A stretch of 64,000 nucleotides of DNA, taken from the NCBI GenBank assembly GCA_021372315.1, contig JAJFUT010000073.1:29677-93676 (forward strand). The letters are read 5' to 3'. This document shows, piece after piece, positions 1-9,527 of the stretch. Positions within the stretch are counted from its first letter, which is position 1. Every line of letters begins with the position of its first letter. The notes below the pieces were generated by a model. It did no database searches, was not told the DNA's origin, and saw nothing but the letters and a program-made list of their open reading frames with translations. Position numbers and translations under genes: made by a program. The stretch is from Methanobacteriota archaeon (GTDB taxonomy: Archaea > Thermoplasmatota > Thermoplasmata > Methanomassiliicoccales > UBA472).

Positions 1-504
1 GTAACGTCTGAACTTGGCCAGTGTGACCTCCAGGGTCGGACCACGCCCAGGGTCGTTGATCAGATGCACCTCGTCCGCCACGACCAGCGAGATCGAGGAG
101 AGCCATTCCCCGCGGTGGCGCAGGAGCGAATCGGCCTTCTCCGATGTGGCGACGATGACGTCCGCGTTCCTCAGATGCTTGTCCGGCTCGTCGTAGTCCC
201 CGACCGACATGCTGACCTTGATGCCGAGGGGTTCGAACTTCTTCAGGTCGTCGAACTTCTCCGCCGCCAAAGCCCTGAGAGGAACGATGTACATGACCTT
301 CCCTCCCTTCTCGAGCACGTGCCTCGTGGCCGCCAGGTAACCTATGAGCGATTTGCCCGAGGCCGTCGGGACCGCGACGACAAGGTTCTTGCCCGAAAGG
401 GCGATGGGCACGGCCTTCTCCTGAGGGGGATAGAGCTCGTTGATCCCGTCCGCGATGAGAACTTCGGCGACACCAGCCGGCAGGTTCAGTTCTTCGACCT
501 TCAT
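1..504 (-). CDS. hel308: Hel308/Ski2-like superfamily-2 DNA helicase. Only the N-terminal part is in the window; the gene runs off the left edge.
   Basis: Not in the ORF track because it has no stop in the window. Reverse translation from the ATG at 504 gives MKVEELNLPAGVAEVLIADGINELYPPQEKAV...VVAVPTASGKSL (motif I) ...VVADEVHLINDPGRGPTLE (DEVH motif II). Confidence 0.85.
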   Translation of the reverse strand, partial: MKVEELNLPAGVAEVLIADGINELYPPQEKAVPIALSGKNLVVAVPTASGKSLIGYLAATRHVLEKGGKVMYIVPLRALAAEKFDDLKKFEPLGIKVSMSVGDYDEPDKHLRNADVIVATSEKADSLLRHRGEWLSSISLVVADEVHLINDPGRGPTLEVTLAKFRRY

Positions 505-706
505 GATGAGGGACACTGATGACTCCATAGCCTATGATTGTTGCGATTGCCTTACTAGGACAGAGAACGGACCTTGCTCCCCTATATAGGCACTAAACAT
601 GCTGGCTAGCTTTGAAAAACGCTCTGAAAAAAGGGATAACCTTATTTAGATGTGCTTCTATGAGTCGATATCAGTGAACGCAACAGTATGGAAGCAGGAA
701 TGAACT

Positions 707-2665
707 ATGGTCGATGAGACGAAGAAGGAGGAGCAGATCGCTGACGTGGACGATTGGATCCAGACGCAGACGTTCAGCTCCACCGCCGACATAAAGATCC
801 CGGAAAAGCTCTCCGACCAGGTGATCGGGCAGGACGCTGCGGTGACCGTCATAAGGAAGGCGGCAGAACAGAAGCGTCATGTCATGCTCATCGGTGAGCC
901 AGGTACGGGCAAGTCAATGCTTGCCAAATCTATGACCGATTATCTCCCGAAGGGGGAGATGCAGGACGTCATAGCGTACCACAATCCCGAGGACGGAAAC
1001 GAGCCTAGGATACGAACTGTCCCGGCCGGTAAGGGAAAGGGCATAGTGAACGCGCAGAAGGCCGAGGCCATGAAGCGCAAGCAGCAGAAGACGTCGATGG
1101 TGTCTTTCATCATAATGGCCGTCGTCATCCTCTCGATCGTTCTGTTCATAACGTATCAGAGCGTCGATATGCTGCTCATCGGTATCGTTGCGGCCGCATT
1201 GATATTCTTTGCGACCCGATACACTGGCCAGCGCCAGGAGAACTACAATGTCCCGAAGCTGCTGATAAGTCATGACGAAAAGGACCCCTCGCCTTTCATA
1301 GACGCGACCGGAGCGCATGCAGGCGCATTGCTGGGCGATGTCAAGCACGATCCCTTCCAGAGCGGAGGGCTTGAGACCCCGGCGCACGAGCGCCTCGAGG
1401 TCGGCGCCATCCACAAGGCGAGCAAGGGCGTGCTGTTCGTAGATGAGATCAACATGCTCCACATGGAGTCCCAGCAATCGCTGCTGACGGCGCTTCAGGA
1501 GGGCAAGTTCTCCATCACCGGTCAGAGCGAGCGCTCTTCCGGCGCAATGGTCAAGTCCGAACCGGTCCCGTGCGACTTCATATTGGTCTGCGCGGGCAAC
1601 ATGGACGCCATGAAGGGCATGCACCCCGCTCTGAGGTCCCGCATACGCGGTTACGGCTACGAGGTCTACATGAGGTCCACGATGGACGACACCGAGGAGA
1701 ACAGACAGAAGCTCGTACGCTTCGTCGCCCAAGAGGTCGTCAAGGACAAGAAGATCCCGCACTTCGACAAGTTGGCCGTCGGCGAGATACTGAAGGAGGC
1801 ACAGCGCCGCGCAGGACGCAGGGGCCAGCTGACCCTCCGCCTGAGGGAGCTCGGAGGACTCGTTCGCGTCTCGGGCGATTTCGCCAAGGAGAACAACTCC
1901 GACATCGTCAAGCAGGAGCACGTCATCGGCGCGAAGGCGATCGCGAGAAGCCTGGAGCAGCAGGTGGTCGACCGCTACATCAAGGCGACGAAGGAGTACA
2001 AGTCGTTCGGGACCGAGGGCTCCGCGATCGGTATCGTTAACGGATTGGCCGCGATGAACTCGGACTCTTCGATGTCCGAACTATCTGGCATAGTCCTTCC
2101 GATCGTGGCCGAGGTAACGCCTAGCCAGACGAAGAACGGCGGCACCATCATCGCGACGGGCAAGCTCGGCGAGATAGCCAAGGAGGCCGTCCAGAACGTC
2201 TCCGCCGTCATCAAGAAGTACACTGGCGAGGACATCAGCAATCACGATGTGCACATCCAGTTCATCGGTACGTACGACGGGGTCGAGGGCGATTCCGCGT
2301 CGATATCCATCGCAACAGCGGTCGTATCGGCGCTGGAAGGCGTCCCGATCGATCAGACGCTCGCGATGACCGGCTCCCTCAGCGTCAGGGGGCAGGTGCT
2401 TCCGGTCGGTGGCGTCACGGCGAAGATCGAGGCTGCCGCCGAATCGGGGTTGAAGACCGTCCTCATTCCGAGGGCTAACCTGAACGACGTCGTGCTGGAC
2501 AAGAAGTACATCGGCAAGATTGCGATCATCCCGGTCTCGACGATGAGGGACGTGCTCGAGCTGGCGCTCATAGGCGGTCCGAAGAAGGAAAGCCTGCTGA
2601 AGAAGCTGGCGGACCTCGGCGAGAAGCTCGTTCCGCTGCCAATGAAAGCACCTGTCGTGAACTGA
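707..2665 (+). CDS. lonB: Archaeal membrane-bound ATP-dependent Lon protease (LonB)
   Basis: Walker [11 protein letters not shown] hydrophobic two-helix insert ([16 protein letters not shown] / [13 protein letters not shown]) sits inside the AAA+ domain. C-terminal Lon protease domain has the GDSASIS catalytic Ser and [10 protein letters not shown] Lys. Confidence 0.95.
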   Translation: MVDETKKEEQIADVDDWIQTQTFSSTADIKIPEKLSDQVIGQDAAVTVIRKAAEQKRHVMLIGEPGTGKSMLAKSMTDYLPKGEMQDVIAYHNPEDGNEPRIRTVPAGKGKGIVNAQKAEAMKRKQQKTSMVSFIIMAVVILSIVLFITYQSVDMLLIGIVAAALIFFATRYTGQRQENYNVPKLLISHDEKDPSPFIDATGAHAGALLGDVKHDPFQSGGLETPAHERLEVGAIHKASKGVLFVDEINMLHMESQQSLLTALQEGKFSITGQSERSSGAMVKSEPVPCDFILVCAGNMDAMKGMHPALRSRIRGYGYEVYMRSTMDDTEENRQKLVRFVAQEVVKDKKIPHFDKLAVGEILKEAQRRAGRRGQLTLRLRELGGLVRVSGDFAKENNSDIVKQEHVIGAKAIARSLEQQVVDRYIKATKEYKSFGTEGSAIGIVNGLAAMNSDSSMSELSGIVLPIVAEVTPSQTKNGGTIIATGKLGEIAKEAVQNVSAVIKKYTGEDISNHDVHIQFIGTYDGVEGDSASISIATAVVSALEGVPIDQTLAMTGSLSVRGQVLPVGGVTAKIEAAAESGLKTVLIPRANLNDVVLDKKYIGKIAIIPVSTMRDVLELALIGGPKKESLLKKLADLGEKLVPLPMKAPVVN

Positions 2666-2824
2666 ACCCCGTCAAGGAAAACCTTTTCCATTTTCCATCT
2701 TTCAACCGGTCATCGTGGCCGGGTCCATTTTTCCATCGAACGCACCATATCCCGCGTCGTCGTTCGTCGCATCGGATCACGTCCACATCATATTATTATC
2801 ACGAATCGCATATGTTGTACCGTT

Positions 2825-3397
2825 ATGGTAGCGAAGGCGAAGGACCACGACTGCCTGCTCCTCGGCAGGTTCCAGCCGTTCCACAAGGGTCACCTCGAGG
2901 TCGTCAAGGAGATCGCGAAGGACTGCGATGACCTTATCATAGGCATCGGAAGCGCGCAATATTCCCACACGCCCGACAACCCGTTCACGGCCGGCGAAAG
3001 GCATCTGATGATCTCCAGGGTGCTCAGGGAGGAAGGCTTGGACAGCTTTTTCCTGGTGCCGATCGTCGATATCAACAGATATGCGATATGGGTCTCGCAC
3101 GTCGTTTCGATGGTCCCGCCTTTCCAAAAGGTGTACACGAACAATCCGCTGACGAGGCGCCTGTTCGAGGAGAGCGGCTACGAGGTGTCGTCGTCGCCCC
3201 TCTTCAACCGCGAGCTATACTCCGGGACCGAGATCAGGAGGAGGATAGCCTCTGGGGGAGAATGGAAGCACCTCGTCCCGGACGCCGTGGCGAGCGTCAT
3301 AGAGGAGATAGACGGGGCCCGGAGGCTTCAGGACATATCTGCGCAGCCAAGGAGGGAGGTCGATGAGTCTGGGGCAGGAATTGGGGAGGATTCTTAA
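2825..3397 (+). CDS. nadM: Nicotinamide-nucleotide adenylyltransferase (archaeal NMNAT)
   Basis: LLLGRFQPFHKGHLEVV (the HxGH-type nucleotidyltransferase motif of archaeal NMNAT) and a C-terminal SGTEIRRRI motif. Confidence 0.9.
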   Translation: MVAKAKDHDCLLLGRFQPFHKGHLEVVKEIAKDCDDLIIGIGSAQYSHTPDNPFTAGERHLMISRVLREEGLDSFFLVPIVDINRYAIWVSHVVSMVPPFQKVYTNNPLTRRLFEESGYEVSSSPLFNRELYSGTEIRRRIASGGEWKHLVPDAVASVIEEIDGARRLQDISAQPRREVDESGAGIGEDS

Positions 3398-3836
3398 GGG
3401 AAAGGGGCTGACGATCTCCGTCGCGGAGAGCCTCACAGGGGGTCTCGTCGGCGATATGATCACCAACGTTCCAGGGTCGTCAGCTTACTTCGAGGGAGCC
3501 GTCACCACTTACTCCAACGAGTCGAAGGTGGAGATCCTCAGGGTCAGGAAAGAGACGCTGAGGCTGCACGGCGCCGTGAGCGAGGAATGCGCGATCGAGA
3601 TGGCCTCGGGCGTCCGCGAGCTGTTCCACACCAAGGTCGGCATATCCGTCACGGGGATCGCTGGACCTTCCGGCGAGTCGTTCGGCAAGCCCGTCGGACT
3701 CGTCTACTTCGGGTTCGACAACGGCCTCACGAAGGTGACTGGCAAGAAGATATTCGAAGGCGATCGCGAAGAGATCAAAAAAGCCTCGGCCGAGCATCTG
3801 ATCGCCATGACGGCGGAGTTGCTCACAGAGTCCTGA
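3363..3836 (+). CDS. pncC: CinA C-terminal domain / nicotinamide-nucleotide amidohydrolase (PncC-like)
   Basis: LTISVAESLTGGLVGDMITNVPGSSAYFEGAVTTYSNESK is the hallmark CinA/PncC motif. Overlaps the NMNAT 3' end by 35 nt, suggesting an operon. Confidence 0.85.
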   Translation: MSLGQELGRILKGKGLTISVAESLTGGLVGDMITNVPGSSAYFEGAVTTYSNESKVEILRVRKETLRLHGAVSEECAIEMASGVRELFHTKVGISVTGIAGPSGESFGKPVGLVYFGFDNGLTKVTGKKIFEGDREEIKKASAEHLIAMTAELLTES

Positions 3837-3912
3837 GTTTCTCCAGGGCCAGAGATCCTTGAAAATCATTATCTACATTATATACCCTTAATCGTCCAGA
3901 GAAGGTCGTGGG

Positions 3913-4755
3913 ATGGGAAATCCACGTGGTAGGATACCGACGGGCGTTGCGGATTTTGACAGCATAATCAAAGGCGGAATGCCGCCTGGCTCAGTCGTAT
4001 TGCTGCTGGGGGACCTTGGGGCCGGTCAGAACGAATACGCCATAACGTCCGCGGCGAAGCTCAGCATCGTCAAGGAGAATCCCGAGAGCGCCTCGTTCTA
4101 CCTCGGCTCGTACATGAGGGAGAGGATGATGCCCGACAAGATCTGCTACGTCACCTTCTCAAGGTCGAAGGACGACATCCTCCAGGAGATCAGGATGTCC
4201 TTCAACTCCGATTTCTACGACTCGTTCTCGAGGAACGTGATCTTCAAGGATTTCTCCAGCTGTTATTTCAGGCAGACGTTGGTCCCGAGGAGCTGGACCG
4301 GCGAGAGCGCTTCCGCGCTGTTCGGCGGGAACGGCGAGGAGAACCTGCTCGAGGGACTCGTCACATATCTGGACGAGAACGCGAAGGGAAGCATGATCAT
4401 CATAGATTCCCTGACGGACCTCCTGCTGACGACGAAGATCGAGGTACAGGACCTGATCGCCGTGCTCAAGGGCATGCAGAGGGTCTCCAAGAAATGGGGC
4501 GGCGTGATCTACCTGCTGCTGACAAAGGACGTGGTCGACGACAAGAAGCAGAGGATGATAATGGACTCGGTGGACGGGGCGCTGCTGTTCGAGTGGAACA
4601 AGATCGGCACCTCGTCGCGGAGGCAGTGTTACATCCACGTCGAAAAGTTCATGAGCATACTCCCGCACCTGGACAAGGAGCGCGTGGCGCGGTTCGCCAC
4701 GACGGTGACGGCGCAGAGCGGGCTGGTCGTAATCGATACAGAAAGGATATCGTGA
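3913..4755 (+). CDS. KaiC/RecA-superfamily ATPase-like protein with a degenerate P-loop
   Basis: N-terminal pattern IPTGVADFDSIIKGGMPPGSVVLLLGDLGAGQNE is typical of KaiC-like proteins. The Walker A position reads GDLGAGQNE, with no GK[ST]. Confidence 0.7.
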   Translation: MGNPRGRIPTGVADFDSIIKGGMPPGSVVLLLGDLGAGQNEYAITSAAKLSIVKENPESASFYLGSYMRERMMPDKICYVTFSRSKDDILQEIRMSFNSDFYDSFSRNVIFKDFSSCYFRQTLVPRSWTGESASALFGGNGEENLLEGLVTYLDENAKGSMIIIDSLTDLLLTTKIEVQDLIAVLKGMQRVSKKWGGVIYLLLTKDVVDDKKQRMIMDSVDGALLFEWNKIGTSSRRQCYIHVEKFMSILPHLDKERVARFATTVTAQSGLVVIDTERIS

Positions 4756-4759
4756 TAAC

Positions 4760-5455
4760 ATGGAAAGGGTCAAGACGGGCGTGGAGGGGCTGGACGGCAT
4801 GCTGGACGGTGGGGTGCCCAAGGGTGCGACATTCGTGGTCATGGGTTCCTTCGGTACCGGCAAGACCACGTTCGGACTGCAGTTCCTGAACCAAGGCCTG
4901 GCCCAAGGCGAGAAGGGCATATACATCTCATTGGAGGAGGACCAGGAGTCCATACTCGCGGACGCGGCGGCCCATGCGTGGGACCTCAAGCCGTACATCG
5001 ACGGCCAGAAGCTGGCCGTCATCAAGCTGGAGCCGAACGACGCAAAGTCGACCATCGTTCGCATAAAGAGCGAGCTTCCCGATTTCATCAAGGGGTTCGG
5101 CGCATCGAGGATAGTCATCGATTCGATCTCACTGCTGAACATGCTCTTCGAGACCGACCACGAGAGGAGGACGAACATGTTCAACCTCTCGCAGATGATC
5201 AAGAAGGTGGGCGTCACCTGCCTGATGACGGCCGAGGTCAAGGACGAAAACCCCCTCGCCTCGAGGGACGGGCTCGTGGAGTACGTCTCAGACGGCGTCA
5301 TCTCGCTCAGGTACGAGGAGAAGCACGAGAAGAACGAGCTCCAACTGTCCCTCAGGATCATCAAGATGAGGAGGACGAGCCACTCCAGGCACATCACGCC
5401 CTATCAGATCACCAACAAGGGGATCGTCGTCCACGAGGGCGTGGAGATGCTCTGA
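4760..5455 (+). CDS. KaiC-like single-domain RecA-superfamily ATPase
   Basis: VKTGVEGLDGMLDGGVPKGATFVVMGSFGTGKTTFGLQF has a canonical Walker A. Walker B-like IVIDSISLL. Starts 4 nt after the upstream paralog. Confidence 0.85.
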   Translation: MERVKTGVEGLDGMLDGGVPKGATFVVMGSFGTGKTTFGLQFLNQGLAQGEKGIYISLEEDQESILADAAAHAWDLKPYIDGQKLAVIKLEPNDAKSTIVRIKSELPDFIKGFGASRIVIDSISLLNMLFETDHERRTNMFNLSQMIKKVGVTCLMTAEVKDENPLASRDGLVEYVSDGVISLRYEEKHEKNELQLSLRIIKMRRTSHSRHITPYQITNKGIVVHEGVEML

Positions 5456-5513
5456 GGCCCCCGCCCTAGGAAAACAATTAATCCACGATTCCGATTATCG
5501 CGTCGGTGCCAAC

Positions 5514-6416
5514 ATGAAGCTCTACCGCGAGGGTAAGGTCAAGAAGGTCTGGGTAGTCGACGACGACAGCCTGGAGTTCGAGTTCACGGACCACATCTCG
5601 GTCTTCGACAAGATCATACCGTCCGATATTCCGTTCAAGGGAGAGACCCTCTGCAGAACGGCGACATACTGGCTCAAGCTTTGCGAGGAGGCCGGAATTC
5701 GCACGGACTTCAAGCAGCTCGTCGCCGGCAACAGGATGAGGGTCAAGCGCGTCGACGTCATTCCCGATTACAGCAAGCTCAACAACGGCACTGTCAACTA
5801 CCTGATCCCTCTCGAGTTCATCTGCCGGCACTACAACGCCGGTTCCTTGAACGACAGGATCAGGTCTGGGGAGATATCGGCAGGATCGCTAGGTTACGAC
5901 AAGGGCCATGTCCCCGTCTATGGCGAGAAGCTCCCCGAGATGTTCTTTGAAACGACGACCAAGCTCGAGGAGACCGACAGGAACCTGACGACCGAGGAGG
6001 CGATGCGCATCTCCGGCCTGACGAAGGCGGAGTACGACCACGTCTTCGATGTCATCACGAGGATCGACGGCATCATCGCCAAGGAGGCCGGTTCGCGCGG
6101 TCTCATCCATGTCGACGGCAAGAAGGAGTTCGCCTACGACGAGAAGAGGCGCCTCATGATTGTCGACACATTCGGCACGGCGGACGAGGACCGCTGGTGG
6201 GACGCGAAGATGTACGAGCAGGGCAAATGCGTCGAGCTCTCGAAGGAGATGGTCCGCCAGTACTACCGCGACATCGGATATCACGACAAGCTCATGAAGG
6301 CCAGGAAGGCCGGGACCGAGGAGCCGGACATCCCCGCGCTGCCTGAGAAGATGATCGAGGAGGTCAGCAGGCTGTACATCGACATGTACGGCAAGCTGAC
6401 GGGGCTCAAGTTCTGA
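5514..6416 (+). CDS. purC: Phosphoribosylaminoimidazole-succinocarboxamide (SAICAR) synthase
   Basis: LYREGKVKKVW...FEFTDHISVFDKIIP...KGETLCRTATYWLKL matches the PurC N-terminal signature. Length is typical of the long archaeal form. Confidence 0.85.
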   Translation: MKLYREGKVKKVWVVDDDSLEFEFTDHISVFDKIIPSDIPFKGETLCRTATYWLKLCEEAGIRTDFKQLVAGNRMRVKRVDVIPDYSKLNNGTVNYLIPLEFICRHYNAGSLNDRIRSGEISAGSLGYDKGHVPVYGEKLPEMFFETTTKLEETDRNLTTEEAMRISGLTKAEYDHVFDVITRIDGIIAKEAGSRGLIHVDGKKEFAYDEKRRLMIVDTFGTADEDRWWDAKMYEQGKCVELSKEMVRQYYRDIGYHDKLMKARKAGTEEPDIPALPEKMIEEVSRLYIDMYGKLTGLKF

Positions 6417-6529
6417 TAGCATGATGTCGGGACCTATTGGGCAGGCAGAGGACTGGCGTTCGCCGTCCGCGAACGTTCCCGGAGAGCGGAAGGGCATTCC
6501 TTTAATGTGCATGGGGGGATGAAGGGACG

Positions 6530-7045
6530 ATGGCCAGGGAATTCGATGTCAACGAGGAGGGCGTCACCTCGGAGGGCTACAAGGCGCTTCACCCCAAGGT
6601 GAAGACGGCCATGCGTGTCGGCACGCTGATCTTCCTCGCGATCTCGCTAGCTTTGCTTTCCCTCACGATCATCTTCGGCGACGCGCTCGGAGGGCTGTTC
6701 TGGCCTCTCCTGCTGTTGTTCGTCCTCATCACGGTCATCGCGCTCGTGGACCTGACCATCGTACCGATAGTGTTCTACGCGCGTTACCGCTACAACGTCG
6801 GCGAGGACCGCATCGACGTGCTCCGCGGCGTATTGACCATAAGGCACACCGTCGTCCCGATCGAGAGGATACATCAGGTGGAGGTCAAGAGGGGGCCGAT
6901 CAACAACATGTTCGGACTCGCCAATGTGACGATCACGACGGCCGGGGGCGTCTCTTCCATCGAGTATCTCGAGCTGAGCGAGGCCGAGAGCATCGCCGAC
7001 AGGCTGAACGAGAAGATCGTCAGCATCCTGAAGGAAAGGGAATGA
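6530..7045 (+). CDS. YdbS-like membrane protein with one bacterial PH (bPH_2) domain
   Basis: Two N-terminal TM helices followed by RYRYNVGEDRIDVLRGVLTIRHTVVPIERIHQVEVKRGPINNMFGLANVTITTAGG (bPH_2 pattern). Confidence 0.8.
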   Translation: MAREFDVNEEGVTSEGYKALHPKVKTAMRVGTLIFLAISLALLSLTIIFGDALGGLFWPLLLLFVLITVIALVDLTIVPIVFYARYRYNVGEDRIDVLRGVLTIRHTVVPIERIHQVEVKRGPINNMFGLANVTITTAGGVSSIEYLELSEAESIADRLNEKIVSILKERE

Positions 7046-7046
7046 A

Positions 7047-8513
7047 GTGACCGGGGAGAAGATCAGGTTCCATCCGTCGGTGGTCCTCGAGAATCTGATG
7101 AGGTTCGCGATCTTCGCAGTCATCTTCCTGTTGGTATCCGTCGAGGAGAGGCCCATCGAGGCGTTCTTGGCCATCGGAGGATTGCTCGGCGTCGCCGCGA
7201 TCATATTGTTCCTCAGGTGGAGGAGGACGACGGTTCAGTTCAACGAGAACGAGCTCATCGTCGAGAGGAACACGATCTTCAAGATGAAGCGGTCGATCCC
7301 CTACTCGAAGATCGCATCCATCAACGTCAACCGCACGATCATAAGCAGGATGTTCGGCACGTCAAGGCTGCAGGTGAACGTCAATTCGAGCAGCAACGCG
7401 ACGGTGCCAGAGGCCGTTCTCGTCTTCAAGAAGGACCTGGCCGACAGGATAAGGAACCATCTGTCGCGGAACATGTACGACTCCGAACCTGTCATCGAGG
7501 CGGAGCAGGGCTCGGTCGTCAACGTCGATAACACGGACGTGCTGGTGCACGGCCTTTTCAGCCAATCCACGATGCAGACCATCTCCGGGTTCATCTTCCT
7601 CGCATGGTCCATCTTCGAAATGTATTCCGACGCTGGAGGTTCCACTGGGGGCAGCAGCGCCCTCTCGCTGGGGATGTTCTTCTTCGTGACGGTCGTCCCA
7701 TCGGTCATGCTCATCGTCCATTACGCCAATTTCAAGGTCTACAGGGTCAAGGACACGATATACCTGCAGCACGGTCTCATCAGCACGTACAGGACCTCAT
7801 TCAACGTGTCGAGGATCAACGCCATCCACGTCAAGAGCACGATGGCTTCGAGGCTCATGGGCCGGTCCTACATCGAGGCGGACGTCATAGGGCTCGGTTC
7901 GAGCAAGGACTCGCAGCGCCCCGTGCTCTGTCTGCTTAAGAGGAACGACGTGATCGAGGCGGTGCTGAAGGACCTCGTCCCCGAGTTCGTCTACGACCGG
8001 AACATCATCGTTCAGCCGAAAGGGGCGAAGAAGGCGATCGCTGCAAAGGCGTCCCTGGGGTCCGCCTTCGTCGCCGTCATGGCAGCGGCGCTGACCTGGG
8101 TCGTCGGCACCACGGACCGAACAGGTCTGTCGGGCATCGAACGGACCGTCGTCGAGAACATGTTCATCGCGGCCGGCGCCGCGATCGTCCTGGCCATCAT
8201 CTTATGGGGCTACAGGTCTTATAGGGTCAAGGAGCTGTCGTTGGGGGAGGACCTTTTCACCTTCGTCAACGGCGTGGTCGACAGGCGGAGGACGACCATG
8301 TGCTATGACAAGGTCCAGATCGTCAACGTGTCGAAAGGGCCGCTCGCCAGACGCTTCGGTCTCGCGGTAGGTTCGATATCTCTCCTCTCTTCAAAGGGCA
8401 GCGTCAGCGTGTCGTCCGGATACTTCACCGAAGCGGACCTGAACAAGGTGCACGAGACCGTCATGCAGCGCCTCGTGAACGGGAAGTACGATCACCGCGC
8501 GAACGAGATATGA
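7047..8513 (+). CDS. YdbT-like membrane protein with three bPH_2 domains
   Basis: GTG start 1 nt after the upstream stop. The module (IPYSKIASINVNRTIISRMFGTSRLQV; NVSRINAIHVKSTMASRLMGRSYIE; MCYDKVQIVNVSKGPLARRFGLAVGSISL) recurs three times, separated by TM pairs. Confidence 0.8.
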   Translation: MTGEKIRFHPSVVLENLMRFAIFAVIFLLVSVEERPIEAFLAIGGLLGVAAIILFLRWRRTTVQFNENELIVERNTIFKMKRSIPYSKIASINVNRTIISRMFGTSRLQVNVNSSSNATVPEAVLVFKKDLADRIRNHLSRNMYDSEPVIEAEQGSVVNVDNTDVLVHGLFSQSTMQTISGFIFLAWSIFEMYSDAGGSTGGSSALSLGMFFFVTVVPSVMLIVHYANFKVYRVKDTIYLQHGLISTYRTSFNVSRINAIHVKSTMASRLMGRSYIEADVIGLGSSKDSQRPVLCLLKRNDVIEAVLKDLVPEFVYDRNIIVQPKGAKKAIAAKASLGSAFVAVMAAALTWVVGTTDRTGLSGIERTVVENMFIAAGAAIVLAIILWGYRSYRVKELSLGEDLFTFVNGVVDRRRTTMCYDKVQIVNVSKGPLARRFGLAVGSISLLSSKGSVSVSSGYFTEADLNKVHETVMQRLVNGKYDHRANEI

Positions 8514-8563
8514 AGGCGGGATCTCCGAAAGTCCACCTATTTGAGAACGATCCGGCAGTTCTA

Positions 8564-9001
8564 TCAAAGATATCCGCCCAGAGGCGACATCGCCGCTCTC
8601 AGGGGCGAACCGGAGAGCATCCTCGGCCTGCCTATCCTTTCGATGTGCAGGTCATCATCGTAGGAATACACCAGATAATAGTTCAGCCAATGCATGTTGA
8701 ACTCGAGCATTCTCAATCTCGCCCTGTCCGCATGCTCGTTCGGGACGTAGATCACGAGGCGGCATTTGTTAACCAGGACGACGTAATACTCCCAGACCCT
8801 CTTCGTAGATTCCCACGAGGTCTCCGTCTCTATGAACTCCATACCGACGAGGTAGCCGTTCTCGATGATCTTGATCACGCCTCGACCCTCGCCGTCCACG
8901 TAGAACTTCGCCTCGGCGTCGTGGAATATCTTTCGGAACTCGCTCAGCGACCTCGGTACCAGCACATCGGCGAGACGCTCGATCGGGGACCTTCCGGCCA
9001 T
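8564..9001 (-). CDS. Hypothetical protein (145 aa), no recognisable family
   Basis: Protein-like composition (MAGRSPIERLADVLVPRSLSEFRKIFHDAEAKFYVDGEGRGVIKIIENGY...), unlike the opposite-strand ORF 8510..9013, which is R/H/P rich. Confidence 0.5.
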   Translation of the reverse strand: MAGRSPIERLADVLVPRSLSEFRKIFHDAEAKFYVDGEGRGVIKIIENGYLVGMEFIETETSWESTKRVWEYYVVLVNKCRLVIYVPNEHADRARLRMLEFNMHWLNYYLVYSYDDDLHIERIGRPRMLSGSPLRAAMSPLGGYL

Positions 9002-9076
9002 CGAAGGAGATAAGGTGCACTGCGGATATTTTAATCATATCGGACGAGCAGAGAGATGCGCAGTTGGTCCGAACGC

Positions 9077-9502
9077 TCAGTCCAGCATGACCTCTACTAC
9101 CTTCAGCCCCTCGGGGCACTCGATGTCACCGCAGATCTTGACGATCTTCCCCTTCATCCCCTTCTCGAGACCTGGCGGATGGCAGACCATGTACCTCGCG
9201 CAGCCTAGGTCCTTGCACTTGATCTCCTCGATCGTCACGGTCGAACCGTCCACGGCGGACTTCTTGCTCACGGCCGCTCTCATCGGTATCCTCTCGACCT
9301 CGACGACCCTGACGCCATCCTCGTGTATCTTGCACTCGTGATGCACGTCGCGCTTGGCCCTTATCTTGTACATCCCCCCGACGTCAAGGTTGAAGCACAC
9401 CGCCTTCAGCTTGCAGTCCCTGCACTCCGTCAAAGGGCCGCGGTAGATGAACCGGACCCCCTCCTTCGCCTGCCTCTCTCCGATTAATGTGATTATTACC
9501 AT
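9077..9502 (-). CDS. UPF0179 family protein (archaea-specific Cys-rich small protein)
   Basis: Internal start MVIITLIGERQAKEGVRFIYRGPLTECRDCKLKAVCFNLDVGGMYKI...HHECKIHEDGVRVVEV matches the UPF0179 pattern. GGAGGTGG lies just upstream of the ATG at 9502. The longer ORF to 9589 would overlap egsA. Confidence 0.75.
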   Translation of the reverse strand: MVIITLIGERQAKEGVRFIYRGPLTECRDCKLKAVCFNLDVGGMYKIRAKRDVHHECKIHEDGVRVVEVERIPMRAAVSKKSAVDGSTVTIEEIKCKDLGCARYMVCHPPGLEKGMKGKIVKICGDIECPEGLKVVEVMLD

Positions 9503-9527
9503 CCCTTCCCACCTCCAGGACGATGAC

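Noticed and set aside
914-1921. 335-aa ORF on the minus strand inside lonB
   Set aside because: It is fully antisense to a gene with unambiguous LonB motifs. Its R/H/L/D/G-rich composition is typical of antisense translation of GC3-rich coding DNA, and it has no recognisable motif.
4159-5397. 412-aa minus-strand ORF spanning both KaiC-like genes
   Set aside because: It is antisense to two well-supported genes and crosses their intergenic junction. It is S/P/R-rich and low in complexity, with no motifs.
8510-9013. 167-aa plus-strand ORF opposite the 145-aa hypothetical gene
   Set aside because: Its R/H/P/D-rich composition looks like an antisense artefact. The minus-strand frame has more protein-like composition and hydrophobic periodicity. 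The call remains uncertain.
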